Source: Promethearchaeota archaeon
GTDB taxonomy: Archaea; Asgardarchaeota; Lokiarchaeia; Sigyniarchaeales; SOKP01
NCBI GenBank assembly: GCA_048940445.1
Contig: JBHLON010000050.1
Span: 1-17,519 of the forward strand
DNA length: 17,519 bases
Reading direction: 5' to 3'
A program made the position numbers and the translations under genes. How positions within the stretch are numbered: the first letter of the stretch is position 1; each line of letters begins with the position of its first letter. Of this stretch, positions 1 through 9,800 are shown in pieces. The notes under the pieces were generated by a model. It worked only from the letters and a program-made list of their open reading frames with translations, had not been told where the DNA came from and ran no database searches.

Positions 1-1122
1 AGTACAAATGATATTAATTTTGATGCTATTTATGTCGGAGTAATGAGTCCAGAAATTTATAATCATATATCTGGTGTAGCCAGTGCTCTTGTTGATAAAT
101 TAAGTTTAATACCAGCAGCTGCAGATGATATTAAGAATGGTCCTGCAAGTGGAGGTTCAGCTATTAAAGCAGGCTTTCAAGCAGTTGCTTCTGGTATGAG
201 TGATTTGGTATTAGTAGTGGGTGGTGAAAAAATGACGCATATCACAGAACCTGGTTATATCACTTCAATTGTGGCCAATTTAACGCACCCAGAAGCAGAA
301 AGACCTCATGGAGTTTCATTACCTGCTTTTGGTGGCATGCTAACTCGAGCTTATTTGGAGAAATATAATGCTAAACTAGAATGGATTTCAGATATTGCGA
401 TCAAAAACCATAATAATGGAATATTGAACCCAAATGCACATTTTCAAAGATCAATCGATGACTTTATGAAAAGTGCAATTCAAAAAGGAAGGGGGAATTG
501 GGATAATATTTATGATTTTCTTGAAGATGATAAGGCTAACCCTATAATTGCTGATCCATTACGACTTTTTCATACATGTCCTATCTCTGACGGTGCTGCT
601 GCCATAGTTTTATGTAATGCCGAAAAAGCTAAGCAGTATAACGACACACCTGTTTTAATCTCTGGTATTGGACAGGCTACGGATACTCATATAATATATG
701 AGCGTGAGGATCTAACTACTTTAAAAGCTTTAAAAATTTGTTCGAATCAAGCGTATAAGATGGCTAAAAAAACTCCAGAAGATATTGATGTTTGTGAAGC
801 TCATGATGCATTTTCTATTCTTGAAGCGATACAGAGTGAAGATTTGGGATTCTTTAAGAAAGGTGAAGGTGCTAAAGCTGCTCATGAGGGTTTAACTGAG
901 ATAGGTGGGAGAATCCCTATAAATCCTTCAGGAGGATTGAAAGCCAGAGGTCATCCCTTAGGGGCTACTGGAGTTGCTCAAGTAGTAGAATTGGTTTGGC
1001 AATTAAGAGGAGAAGCAGGTAAGCGACAAATTGATGGAGCAAAAACAGGGATAACATGCAATTTTGGAGGTTTTGGAAATAATATTATTTCGATACTAGT
1101 AGAGCGAAAGTATGGAATCTAA
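1..1122 (+). CDS. Thiolase-family protein (SCP2/archaeal type), 5'-truncated by the window edge; nucleophilic Cys replaced by Pro
   Basis: Frame 1 is open from base 1 (STNDINFDAIYVGVM...), so the true start is upstream of the window. Thiolase motifs: VGGEKM, KNHxNGxxNPNAHF, ADPL..CPISDGAAA, EAHDAF (HDAF at 802-813), NPSGGLKARGHPLGATG (GHP at 949-957). The usual (E/N)xACASG reads KNGPASGG. Confidence 0.92.
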   Translation, partial: STNDINFDAIYVGVMSPEIYNHISGVASALVDKLSLIPAAADDIKNGPASGGSAIKAGFQAVASGMSDLVLVVGGEKMTHITEPGYITSIVANLTHPEAERPHGVSLPAFGGMLTRAYLEKYNAKLEWISDIAIKNHNNGILNPNAHFQRSIDDFMKSAIQKGRGNWDNIYDFLEDDKANPIIADPLRLFHTCPISDGAAAIVLCNAEKAKQYNDTPVLISGIGQATDTHIIYEREDLTTLKALKICSNQAYKMAKKTPEDIDVCEAHDAFSILEAIQSEDLGFFKKGEGAKAAHEGLTEIGGRIPINPSGGLKARGHPLGATGVAQVVELVWQLRGEAGKRQIDGAKTGITCNFGGFGNNIISILVERKYGI

Positions 1123-1137
1123 TATAAAACTACCTTC

Positions 1138-1896
1138 TTATGAAGATATTATCTTTCTAACTCTTATTAAATCATTAATTGTTAAATTTAATTTGTTTTT
1201 ATTATTCTTAAATTGCATAAATCCTTTATGATTAATTCCATCACAATAATATTTCATTGAATCATCAAGGATTACTTCTTTTCCATAAATTTGGGAGTGT
1301 TGATTGTATTCTTGGATTAAAGTCTGAATTTTTTCCGGATTGAATTCAATAATAGGTAAAAAATATTGATTTGCATAGAAACATATTTTATGAGCAAAAT
1401 CATCGAGAGAAACTGATTTATGTAATATGTCTTTAATGGATATAACTGTTGATTTTAAATCTTTTGGCATTTGGCTGCTTGGGTTATTTAAATTTACACC
1501 CATTCCAATCAAAATATAATTTTTTTGAGGGCCTGTTATATAATCGATTAAAATTCCCGCAAGCTTTTTATTTTTATATAACAAGTCGTTAGGCCACTTA
1601 ATTTGAACTATTCGATTATATTCTTCTTTAATAACATGTGTTAATAATATTGCTGTAAAATAGTGGAACAAAGCTAATTGCGATTCATTCAACGATATTG
1701 AAGTTAAAATCCCCAAAGATGCCCAAAATCCACCTTCTGGAGAAAACCAATCATCTTCCTTTCTACCTCGACCCTTAGTTTGAGTTTTTGCTATTAATAG
1801 AATTGATGAATAAAAGTCGTTTTGAAGGTATTCAATTACCTTATTTTGGGTTGAATCTGTTCTATTAATATGGATAATCTTTATTTTAGAGAACAT
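1138..1896 (-). CDS. birA: Biotin--protein ligase (group I, no N-terminal HTH repressor domain)
   Basis: Motifs DSTQN, QTKGRGR..W.SPEGG, KWPND, KKLAGIL, IGMGVN. About 252 aa with no DNA-binding N-terminus. ATG at 1896; an alternative TTG lies at 1899. Confidence 0.93.
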   Translation of the reverse strand: MFSKIKIIHINRTDSTQNKVIEYLQNDFYSSILLIAKTQTKGRGRKEDDWFSPEGGFWASLGILTSISLNESQLALFHYFTAILLTHVIKEEYNRIVQIKWPNDLLYKNKKLAGILIDYITGPQKNYILIGMGVNLNNPSSQMPKDLKSTVISIKDILHKSVSLDDFAHKICFYANQYFLPIIEFNPEKIQTLIQEYNQHSQIYGKEVILDDSMKYYCDGINHKGFMQFKNNKNKLNLTINDLIRVRKIISS

Positions 1897-2080
1897 CAAA
1901 ATATTAAATTTTTAAAAGTCTTAAATAATTCATAAAGTACTTTTTATTTTAAATTTTTAGCTCCACATTAAAAATGAGAAAATAAAAGTGTTGAAAACTG
2001 AAACTACGCTATTTATACAATGAAAACGGAGTAAATATGACATTTCATCAAGAATCTATTTTCATACTTTTTATTTAAAA

Positions 2081-2098
2081 TGAATGAATGTACATTCA
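2081..2098. promoter_or_regulatory. Palindromic operator, TetR/FadR-like (TGAATGA-N4-TCATTCA type)
   Basis: TGAATGAATGTACATTCA, which contains the perfect 14-bp palindrome TGAATGTACATTCA (2085-2098). A second copy lies at 17487-17504. Confidence 0.65.
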
Positions 2099-2225
2099 GT
2101 AATGATGGATAACGATAGCTTGCTAAATTCTAAAGGAAAAACCTTGAATTTGGCGTTTAATAAAAATCAAACGAATATTTAATAATAGCTTTGATAAAAT
2201 AATACTTTTAATAATCTGTTTTCAA

Positions 2226-2275
2226 GTAAAAATTTTATAAATAAACTTTTGATCAAAATATTAATTCTTTATATG
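2226..2275 (+). promoter_or_regulatory. Candidate archaeal-type BRE/TATA promoter elements
   Basis: GTAAAAATTTTATAAA (2226-2241) is perfectly conserved in the second repeat copy. TTTATATG (2268-2275) lies about 23-30 bp upstream of the ATG at 2298. No Shine-Dalgarno sequence precedes the ATG. The AT-rich background limits certainty. Confidence 0.4.
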
Positions 2276-2297
2276 AATAATTGAACGTCTATTCAAA

Positions 2298-3869
2298 ATG
2301 ATCTTAAGAGATAATAAATTGGAAAAGAAACAGAGAATTTCAAATAAATTACAAGAACTTCGAGATGCATATAAACTCGGTGGCGGACAAGAACGTATTA
2401 ATGCCCAACATAAAAAAGGAAAATTGACCGCAAGAGAGAGAATCGAATTATTAGTAGATTACGATTCTTTTATGGAAATTGACTCATTTGTTATGCATCA
2501 TAACGATAAATTTGGGATGGATAAAAAGAAATTTCTTGGAGATGGTGTGATAACTGGTTATGGTACAATAGACGGTCGAAAAGTTTTCATCTATAGCCAA
2601 GATTTTACAATATTAGGAGGGACTATTGGTAAAGCTCATGCTCAAAAAATATGTAAAGTGATGGATTTAGCATTAAAGATGGGATGTCCTATTATTGCTT
2701 TGATAGATTCAGGAGGTGCTCGTATTCAAGAAGGTGTTGATGCTCTAGATGGTTTAGGAGATATCTTTTATCGTAATGTTAAAGCTTCTGGGATTGTACC
2801 TCAAATTTCTGTTATCTTAGGAACTTCTGCTGGAGGAGCCGCATATAGTCCAGCATTAACTGATTTTATTATAATGGGTGGAAAAAATTCTTACATGTTC
2901 ATCACTGGTCCCCAAGTAGTGAATTCAGTTACTGGAGAAAACATCTCCTTATCTGAATTAGGAGGTTCTGAAATTCATTCAAAAATATCAGGTGTATGTC
3001 ATAAAGCGGTAGATACAGAGGAGGAAGCCTTAGAATTCGCAAAGAAACTGTTATCCTATTTACCTTCAAATAATCTAGATGATATACCTCATCCCCGAAA
3101 ACAGTTTCAAGTAACTGATTCCTATATATTAGACAGTCTAGTACCAGAAGACGAACATGAACCATATGATATGAAAAAATTAATCAATGTAATAGTGGAT
3201 CAGGGTTCATTTATAGAACTTTATCCTGATTGGGCTAAAAATATATTGATTGGGTTTGGGAGGTTTGAAAATCAAACGGTTGGTATTATTGCTAATCAGC
3301 CGGCGTTCCTTGGTGGCGCATTGGATTATAATGCATCAGATAAAGCTGCGAGGTTTATCCGATTTTGTGATGCATTTAATATACCACTCCTAACATTAGT
3401 AGACGTTCCAGGATTCATGCCTGGAGTTAAACAAGAAAATTCTGGAATTATTCGCCACGGTGCTAAAATGCTTTTTGCATATTCAGAAGCTACGGTACTA
3501 AAAATTACAGTTATTGTACGTAAAGCTTATGGTGGCGCGTATATTGTTATGAATTCAAAAAAATTAGGTTCTGATGTCAATATCGCATGGAATTCAGCAC
3601 AAATTGCTGTAATGGGCGCGAAAGGAGCATGTAAAATTTTATTTAGAAATCATTTAAAAGAAGTGAAAGATCCTGAGATTCTATTAAAAGATTTTAGCAA
3701 TCAGTATAAAAAAGAATTTTTAAATCCTTTTAGAGTTGCTGAAAAGGGACAAGTAGATACAGTAATCTTCCCACATGAGACACGAAATGAAATTATCAAA
3801 AGTCTGAAATTTTTTGAAACTAAACGTGAACAATCTCCCAAGCGGAAGCATGGAATCTCTCCAGTCTAA
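2298..3869 (+). CDS. Acyl-CoA (acetyl/propionyl-CoA) carboxylase, carboxyltransferase subunit (PccB/AccB/MmdA family)
   Basis: Motifs QHKKGKLTARERI, GDGVITGYG, DSGGARIQEG, GGAAYSPALTDF, ARFIRFCDAFNIP, DVPGF.PG..QE..GIIRHGAK, RKAYGGAY and C-terminal RKHG. 523 aa. Confidence 0.96.
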   Translation: MILRDNKLEKKQRISNKLQELRDAYKLGGGQERINAQHKKGKLTARERIELLVDYDSFMEIDSFVMHHNDKFGMDKKKFLGDGVITGYGTIDGRKVFIYSQDFTILGGTIGKAHAQKICKVMDLALKMGCPIIALIDSGGARIQEGVDALDGLGDIFYRNVKASGIVPQISVILGTSAGGAAYSPALTDFIIMGGKNSYMFITGPQVVNSVTGENISLSELGGSEIHSKISGVCHKAVDTEEEALEFAKKLLSYLPSNNLDDIPHPRKQFQVTDSYILDSLVPEDEHEPYDMKKLINVIVDQGSFIELYPDWAKNILIGFGRFENQTVGIIANQPAFLGGALDYNASDKAARFIRFCDAFNIPLLTLVDVPGFMPGVKQENSGIIRHGAKMLFAYSEATVLKITVIVRKAYGGAYIVMNSKKLGSDVNIAWNSAQIAVMGAKGACKILFRNHLKEVKDPEILLKDFSNQYKKEFLNPFRVAEKGQVDTVIFPHETRNEIIKSLKFFETKREQSPKRKHGISPV

Positions 3870-3880
3870 CAATTAAATTG

Positions 3881-6800
3881 ATGAGCTTTATGAAAAAGAA
3901 AAACACTATTCGAGAAATATTAAAAAATGAAATTCCTATTTGGGGTTATTCTCCCTTAGGATTAATCAATCCTTCACTTTCAGTTCAATTATCCCAAAAT
4001 GGAGGTGTTGGTTTAATTGATTTTGATGGTCTTGATTTTGATCAATGTCGAGTACTTTTAAATAAATTGTCGTCATCATTATCTTCCGATCATCTATGGG
4101 GTGTTAGAATTTCTACTCCAGATATCCTTAATGCACTCGAAATTCGAGATCTGATCCCAATTATCATTTGTGCATTTTCCCCTAATAGTAATGATATTAG
4201 ATTCATGAAAGAACATTCAAAATTACTTGTTTCTGAAGTCTTATACTTGAAGGAAGCTTATGAAACAGCAGAATGGTCAGATTTATTTCTTGTAAAAGGA
4301 AATGAAGCAGGTGGTATAGTAGGAAACAAAAACAGTTTTATACTTATTCAAGAATTCCAAAAAGCAGGTCTTTCCTTCATAATACAAGGTGGATTTGGAG
4401 TTTATAACATATCTCCTGCTCTTATTGGTGGAGCCTTGGGAGTTGTATTAGAAAGCCAGTTATTTCTACTCCCAGAATGCCCTTTGAGTCCAGAATTTAA
4501 GAATTATATCAAAACCATTGAAGAAAATGATTTTTATCTTATTAAGGAAACTTCTCGATATAATTATCGTTTGATTGGCAAACTGGCTAATAAATCAATA
4601 CGATACATAAAGGATTTTTACCAAAAAAATTTTAATATTTCAGAAAAAAAATTTAATACAGATTATCAAGCACTTAAAAAGGAATTTTTTCAGGAAATAA
4701 ATAAATTCATAAATAAATTTCAAATTTATTCAAATACAGATCCAAAACATTCATTCTTACCAAGTGATCATGGTATATGTTTTGCGAATTATATTCTCAT
4801 TAAATTTCAAAATATAGAAAATTTTCTTAATAATTTAACTAAAATAATTACTACTCAAGTTAAAAATTGTTTAGCCCATTGGCCTTTTACCAAAAATTCT
4901 GAATTTGCAAAACAGCTAGGCATTACATATCCAATCATTCAAGGTCCAATGGCAAATATCTCTGATAAATTATCTTTTGCTAAAACTATTGCAGATAATG
5001 GTGCCCTTCCAATTTTAGCGTTAGGGGGATTATTACCAGATGAAACAAATGAGTTGTTATCCGAATGTGATTCTGTAAATTTAGATAAGCCATATGGATG
5101 TGGTATTATAGGTTTAGATGCTGTAAAATCTCGTAGGGATGAACATCTTAGATGCATCTCAAATTACGGTCCTGAAATCACTTTAATTGCTGCCGGCACT
5201 ATAGATCTTGGTGTTCAAGTTCAAAACTCAGGCAATATTGTTTTATTCCACACACCTGCCTTATCGATGTTTAAAGAAGCTATAAAAAGAAACTTACCTT
5301 ACATTATATTAGAAGGTAGTGAATGCGGAGGACATTTTGGAACTCTCTCATCTTTTATTCTTTGGGAACGCATTTTGGAATATTTGGATGCAGATAAAAA
5401 GAATTTTCATAGGAAGATCAATATCATTTTTGCTGGTGGAATCATTAATGAAGTAAGTTCGGCATTATTAGCGGTAATGATATCAAATCATTTAGATCTT
5501 ATAAACCCCGGTATACAAATGGGAACCGCTTATCTCTTAAGTGAAGAAATTGTTACGACCAATGCATTATCACCAGTATATCAAGAGCAATTACTGAATA
5601 ACTCGTCCACAAATGTGATTGGTACGACTGTAAATACTCGTGCCAGAGTAATCCCTTCTGAATTCTCTCATCAAACTATTAAAAAAGAATATTTACGTAA
5701 AGTGAAAGGAATATCTATTTCTCAAAGAAAGGAATTGTATGAAAAAGATAATCTGGGTGCTCTTAGAATTGCTTCTAGAGCAGAAATTTGGAATAATAAT
5801 CATGAAGAGGGAAGTGGGACAACTCAATTCATTCCGGTCTCAACTAAAGACCAATTAACTAGAGGTGCTTTCATGACAGGTGATTCCATTTCCCTGCAAA
5901 AATCAATCAGAAGTATCTCGCAAATACATTATGATGTAGTAGATGAGGGTTTCAAATATATAAAAAAAAATTCAGTTCCAATTTTAACAAATTTAGGTTC
6001 TGTGTCTATGATAACCAAAAAAAAAAAACAAAAATTACACTCTATCGAAAATAAGATAGCAATTATAGGTTTGGGCTGCCTTTTCCCAGATGCCGAGAAC
6101 ATACCACAATTCTGGGAAAATATCATTAATAGAAAGTATTCTATAACAGAGGTTTCTAAAGATAGATGGGATTCAGATATATTTTATGATAAAGATCATT
6201 CAACTCCAGACAAATCATACACAAAAATCGGTGGATTTGTGAAAGATTTTGAGTTTAAATCTGTAAAATATCGGATTCCCCCAAAGATGGCAGAAAGGAT
6301 GGATTTAGTTCAGAAATGGGCCATTATCACAGCAAAAGAAGCACTCGATGATGCTAAGTTTCCTACTGATGGAAAACAACGTTTACCTATAGCCGTTATC
6401 GTTGGAAATTCCTCAGGAGGAGATGCTCAACGCCTTAGTAATAAAAGAGTGTTATTCAACGAAATCAAGTATAGAATTAATGAAGCATGTTCATATAAGA
6501 TCTTGAATCAAGAAGAACAAGATAACCTTATTAATTTCCTTGAAGACAAAATTATTAACCAAATTCCAATGATTAACGAGGATACAATGCCGGGTGAACT
6601 ATCGAACATAATTGCTGGAAGAGTTGCTAATGTTTACAATTTAACTGGTAAAAGCATGACAACTGATGCGGCATGTGCTTCAAGTTTAGCAGCTATTGAT
6701 ACTGCAGTTAATGGATTACTTGTCAAAGATTATGATACTGTCCTTGTAGGAGGGGCTGATAGTTCAATGGATCCTCAAACATACATTAAATTTTGTAAAA

Positions 6801-9800
6801 TTGGTGCACTTTCTGAAGAAGGGACTTATCCATTTGATGCTCGTGCAAATGGTTTTGTAATGGGTGAAGGAGCTGGGTTTTTGGTTTTAAAAAGACTTGA
6901 TGATGCTTTGCGTGATGAAAATAAAATTTATGCCATCATTAGTGGATATGGTAGTTCATCAGACGGAAAAGGAAAGGGAATTACAGCACCTAATCCAGAA
7001 GGTCAAAAATTAGCCATAAAGAGAGCATTGAAAAATAGTAGTGTTGATCAATCTGAGATTCAATATCTTGAATGTCATGGGACTTCTACTGCTGTTGGAG
7101 ATGCAACGGAATTAAATATATTAGGAGATGTATTTTCTGGAAGAGCTCCGGATGATAAACTCGCTATTGGCTCAATAAAAAGTCAAATTGGGCATCTTAA
7201 AAGTGCATCGGGAATAGCAGGCATTATTAAGACAATACTTGCATTAAGCAACAAAATTATTCCTCCATCCATTAATGTTTCAACTCTTAATCCCGCTATC
7301 AATTGGGATGTTGCTCCCTATTATGTTAACACTCAACCAATTGAATGGCCACTTCCTAAAAATGGAATTAGAAGAGCAGGAATTTCTTCATTCGGATTTG
7401 GAGGTACAAATTACCATGTAATCCTTGAGGAATACATACCACATGATTATGAAAAATCATCTATTGATACACCGAATCAATTTCCTTTATGTGAAGAACA
7501 TATGTATGATCATCTTGAATCTCCAATTGAGAAATCTTTTATTTCTTATTCAAGTGATCTATGCTTTTTATTTAGCGGTCAGGGAAGTCAATATATTGGT
7601 ATGGCAAAAGAATTATATGAGAATTTCCAAATAGTTAAAGAAGTATTTGATAAGGCAAATGAAATATGCAGAGAATCTGGTGGCTTCGATCTACTAGAAG
7701 TGATTTTTGGATCACCTAATTTATCTCAAGAAGAAAATTCTAAAAGATTAAGACAAACAGAGTTTACACAACCTGCTATCTATTCAGTTGAAATGGCTTT
7801 AGTAGAACTATTGAAAACAAAAGATGTTATCCCTGGAATTGTTGGTGGTCATAGTTTAGGAGAATTTACAGCTTTAGTTACTGCAGGAGTATTTAGTTTT
7901 GAGGACGGTTTAAAAATTGTAATTAAGAGAGGTAGTGCTATGTCAGAATTACCTCCTGGAGTTCAATGCACAATGGCAGCGATATTTACATCACCTGATG
8001 TAGTTGAGAAAACCTTGAACGAAATATCTATCGAAGGCGTATCAATATCAAATTATAACTCTACTTCTCAAACGGTTGTTTCAGGCGAATCTTCTGCAAT
8101 TGAGTCAGTAGTGAAAATCTTCTCAGAGAAAGACATACGTGCTCTTAAATTAAATGTTTCTAATGCCTTTCATTCAAAATTTGTTGCACATGCAGAGGAA
8201 AAGTTAAAGGAATTTTTAGAAACCATACCATTTAAACCTCCTAGCATCCCAGTTTATAGTAATGTAACAGGAAAGATATATCCCGATAATCCTGAAAAAA
8301 TAAAATCAATCCTGCTTAAACAGATTACATCCCCAGTAAGATGGGTTGATGAAATCATGAATATTTATCAAAATGGCGGACGAAAATTTTTAGAGATAGG
8401 TCCAAAAAAAGCCTTATTCTTCTTTACTAAGGATATCCTGAAAAAATACAAGGATATTGATGTAAATTTTACCCTTTCACCAAAATCTTCTGAAAAAGAA
8501 CACATTCAAAAAATCTTTGAGAAGTTTAAAACCTCAAAACCAACGAGTTCTACTGAAGATAACATAATTTTTTCGCAATCAAGTGTGATTTCAACACCTG
8601 TAATAAAACAAGATATTTCAAGTTCGAATATAGGACCATTTGATATAAACCAGCTTCCATTTTTTAAAGAGTTTTTAGAGGAACAAAAAGAGATTCTGTC
8701 TTCTGTGATGATCCAAGGTTTTCGTAATTACTTCAATAAACTTCATACTTCAATCGAAAATTTTTATGGGAAAGATAGAACAGGATCAAAATCTAACCCT
8801 GTAGTAATTACTGGTGTAGGTATTGGACTTCCTGGGAAAAATCGTAAGATTTTTGATGATAAAAATATAGATGATATTTTGGATGGAGTAAATCTAATAG
8901 AATCTGTTAGTAGTGAATATCAAAAACAATTATTGAAAAAGAAAATAATTCGATTAGAAAAATCTCCTACAGGTAATGCTAAATTTGTTTCTGTTGATAA
9001 GATTTCCGATGTGATTCACATGGCTGGGCAACTGGGAGAATTTAATCCTACAGATGATTATCAGCTGAATTCTAAGATGCTAAATGCCTTAGATATTACA
9101 TCTCAACTGGCAATATGTGCAGGATACGATGCGCTTAAAGATGCGGGAATTCCATTAATTCGCACTATTGTTAAAACTTCTACAGGGAAAACTTTAAGCG
9201 GAGACTGGGCTCTCCCTGAATCCTTACAAGATGATACTGGTGTTATTTTTGCATCAGCTTTCCCCGGATACGATAACTTTGCCGAGGAATTTTTAAATAA
9301 TTCCAATCTTGACCAAAATAACCAAAATACTGTTGAGGACGAACATAAAAATTTTAATCGTTCATTTTTATTTAGAGTTTTATCTATGGGTCATTCACAA
9401 TTTGCTCAACTAATAAAAGCAAAAGGGCCTAATACATCTACGAATGCGGCATGTGCTTCTACTCCTCAAGCAATTAGCATTGCTGAAGATTGGATTCGAA
9501 ATGGGAGATGTAATCGTGTTATCGTCATCACAGCTGATAATGTCACAAGTGAGAACCTTTTTCAATGGATCGGAGCAGGTTTTTTAGCAAGTGGAGCGGC
9601 CACAACGGAATCAACATGGGAAGATGCTGTACTCCCGTTTGGTGAGGGAAGGAATGGAATTATCTTAGGTGCAGGGGCAAGTGCATTCGTTATTGAGAAA
9701 CATTCTGTGGCCGAATCTCGAGGAGTTAAACCGATTGTTGAAATTATTGGCTCGGATTTCGCAAATAGTGCATATCATGGTACTCGACTAGATAAGGATC

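Larger units (their letters stand above)
2077..2297 (+). repeat. Left copy of a ~220-bp imperfect inverted repeat (leader/promoter of the carboxyltransferase-megasynthase operon)
   Basis: Aligns colinearly by eye with the reverse complement of 17293-17508. Blocks: 2077-2105 (26/29 identical) and 2179-2241 (60/63 identical, including a 29-bp perfect run at 2196-2224). Confidence 0.93.

Noticed and set aside
43-45. ATG at 43 as the thiolase start
   Set aside because: The frame is open to base 1 and the thiolase N-terminal strand and helix are missing, so the gene starts upstream of the window.
2081-2098. Palindrome as a BirA (bioO) operator
   Set aside because: This BirA lacks the HTH domain and the motif does not resemble bioO.
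2929-3165. 78-aa minus-strand ORF
   Set aside because: Antisense shadow inside the well-conserved carboxyltransferase, with no recognisable motifs.
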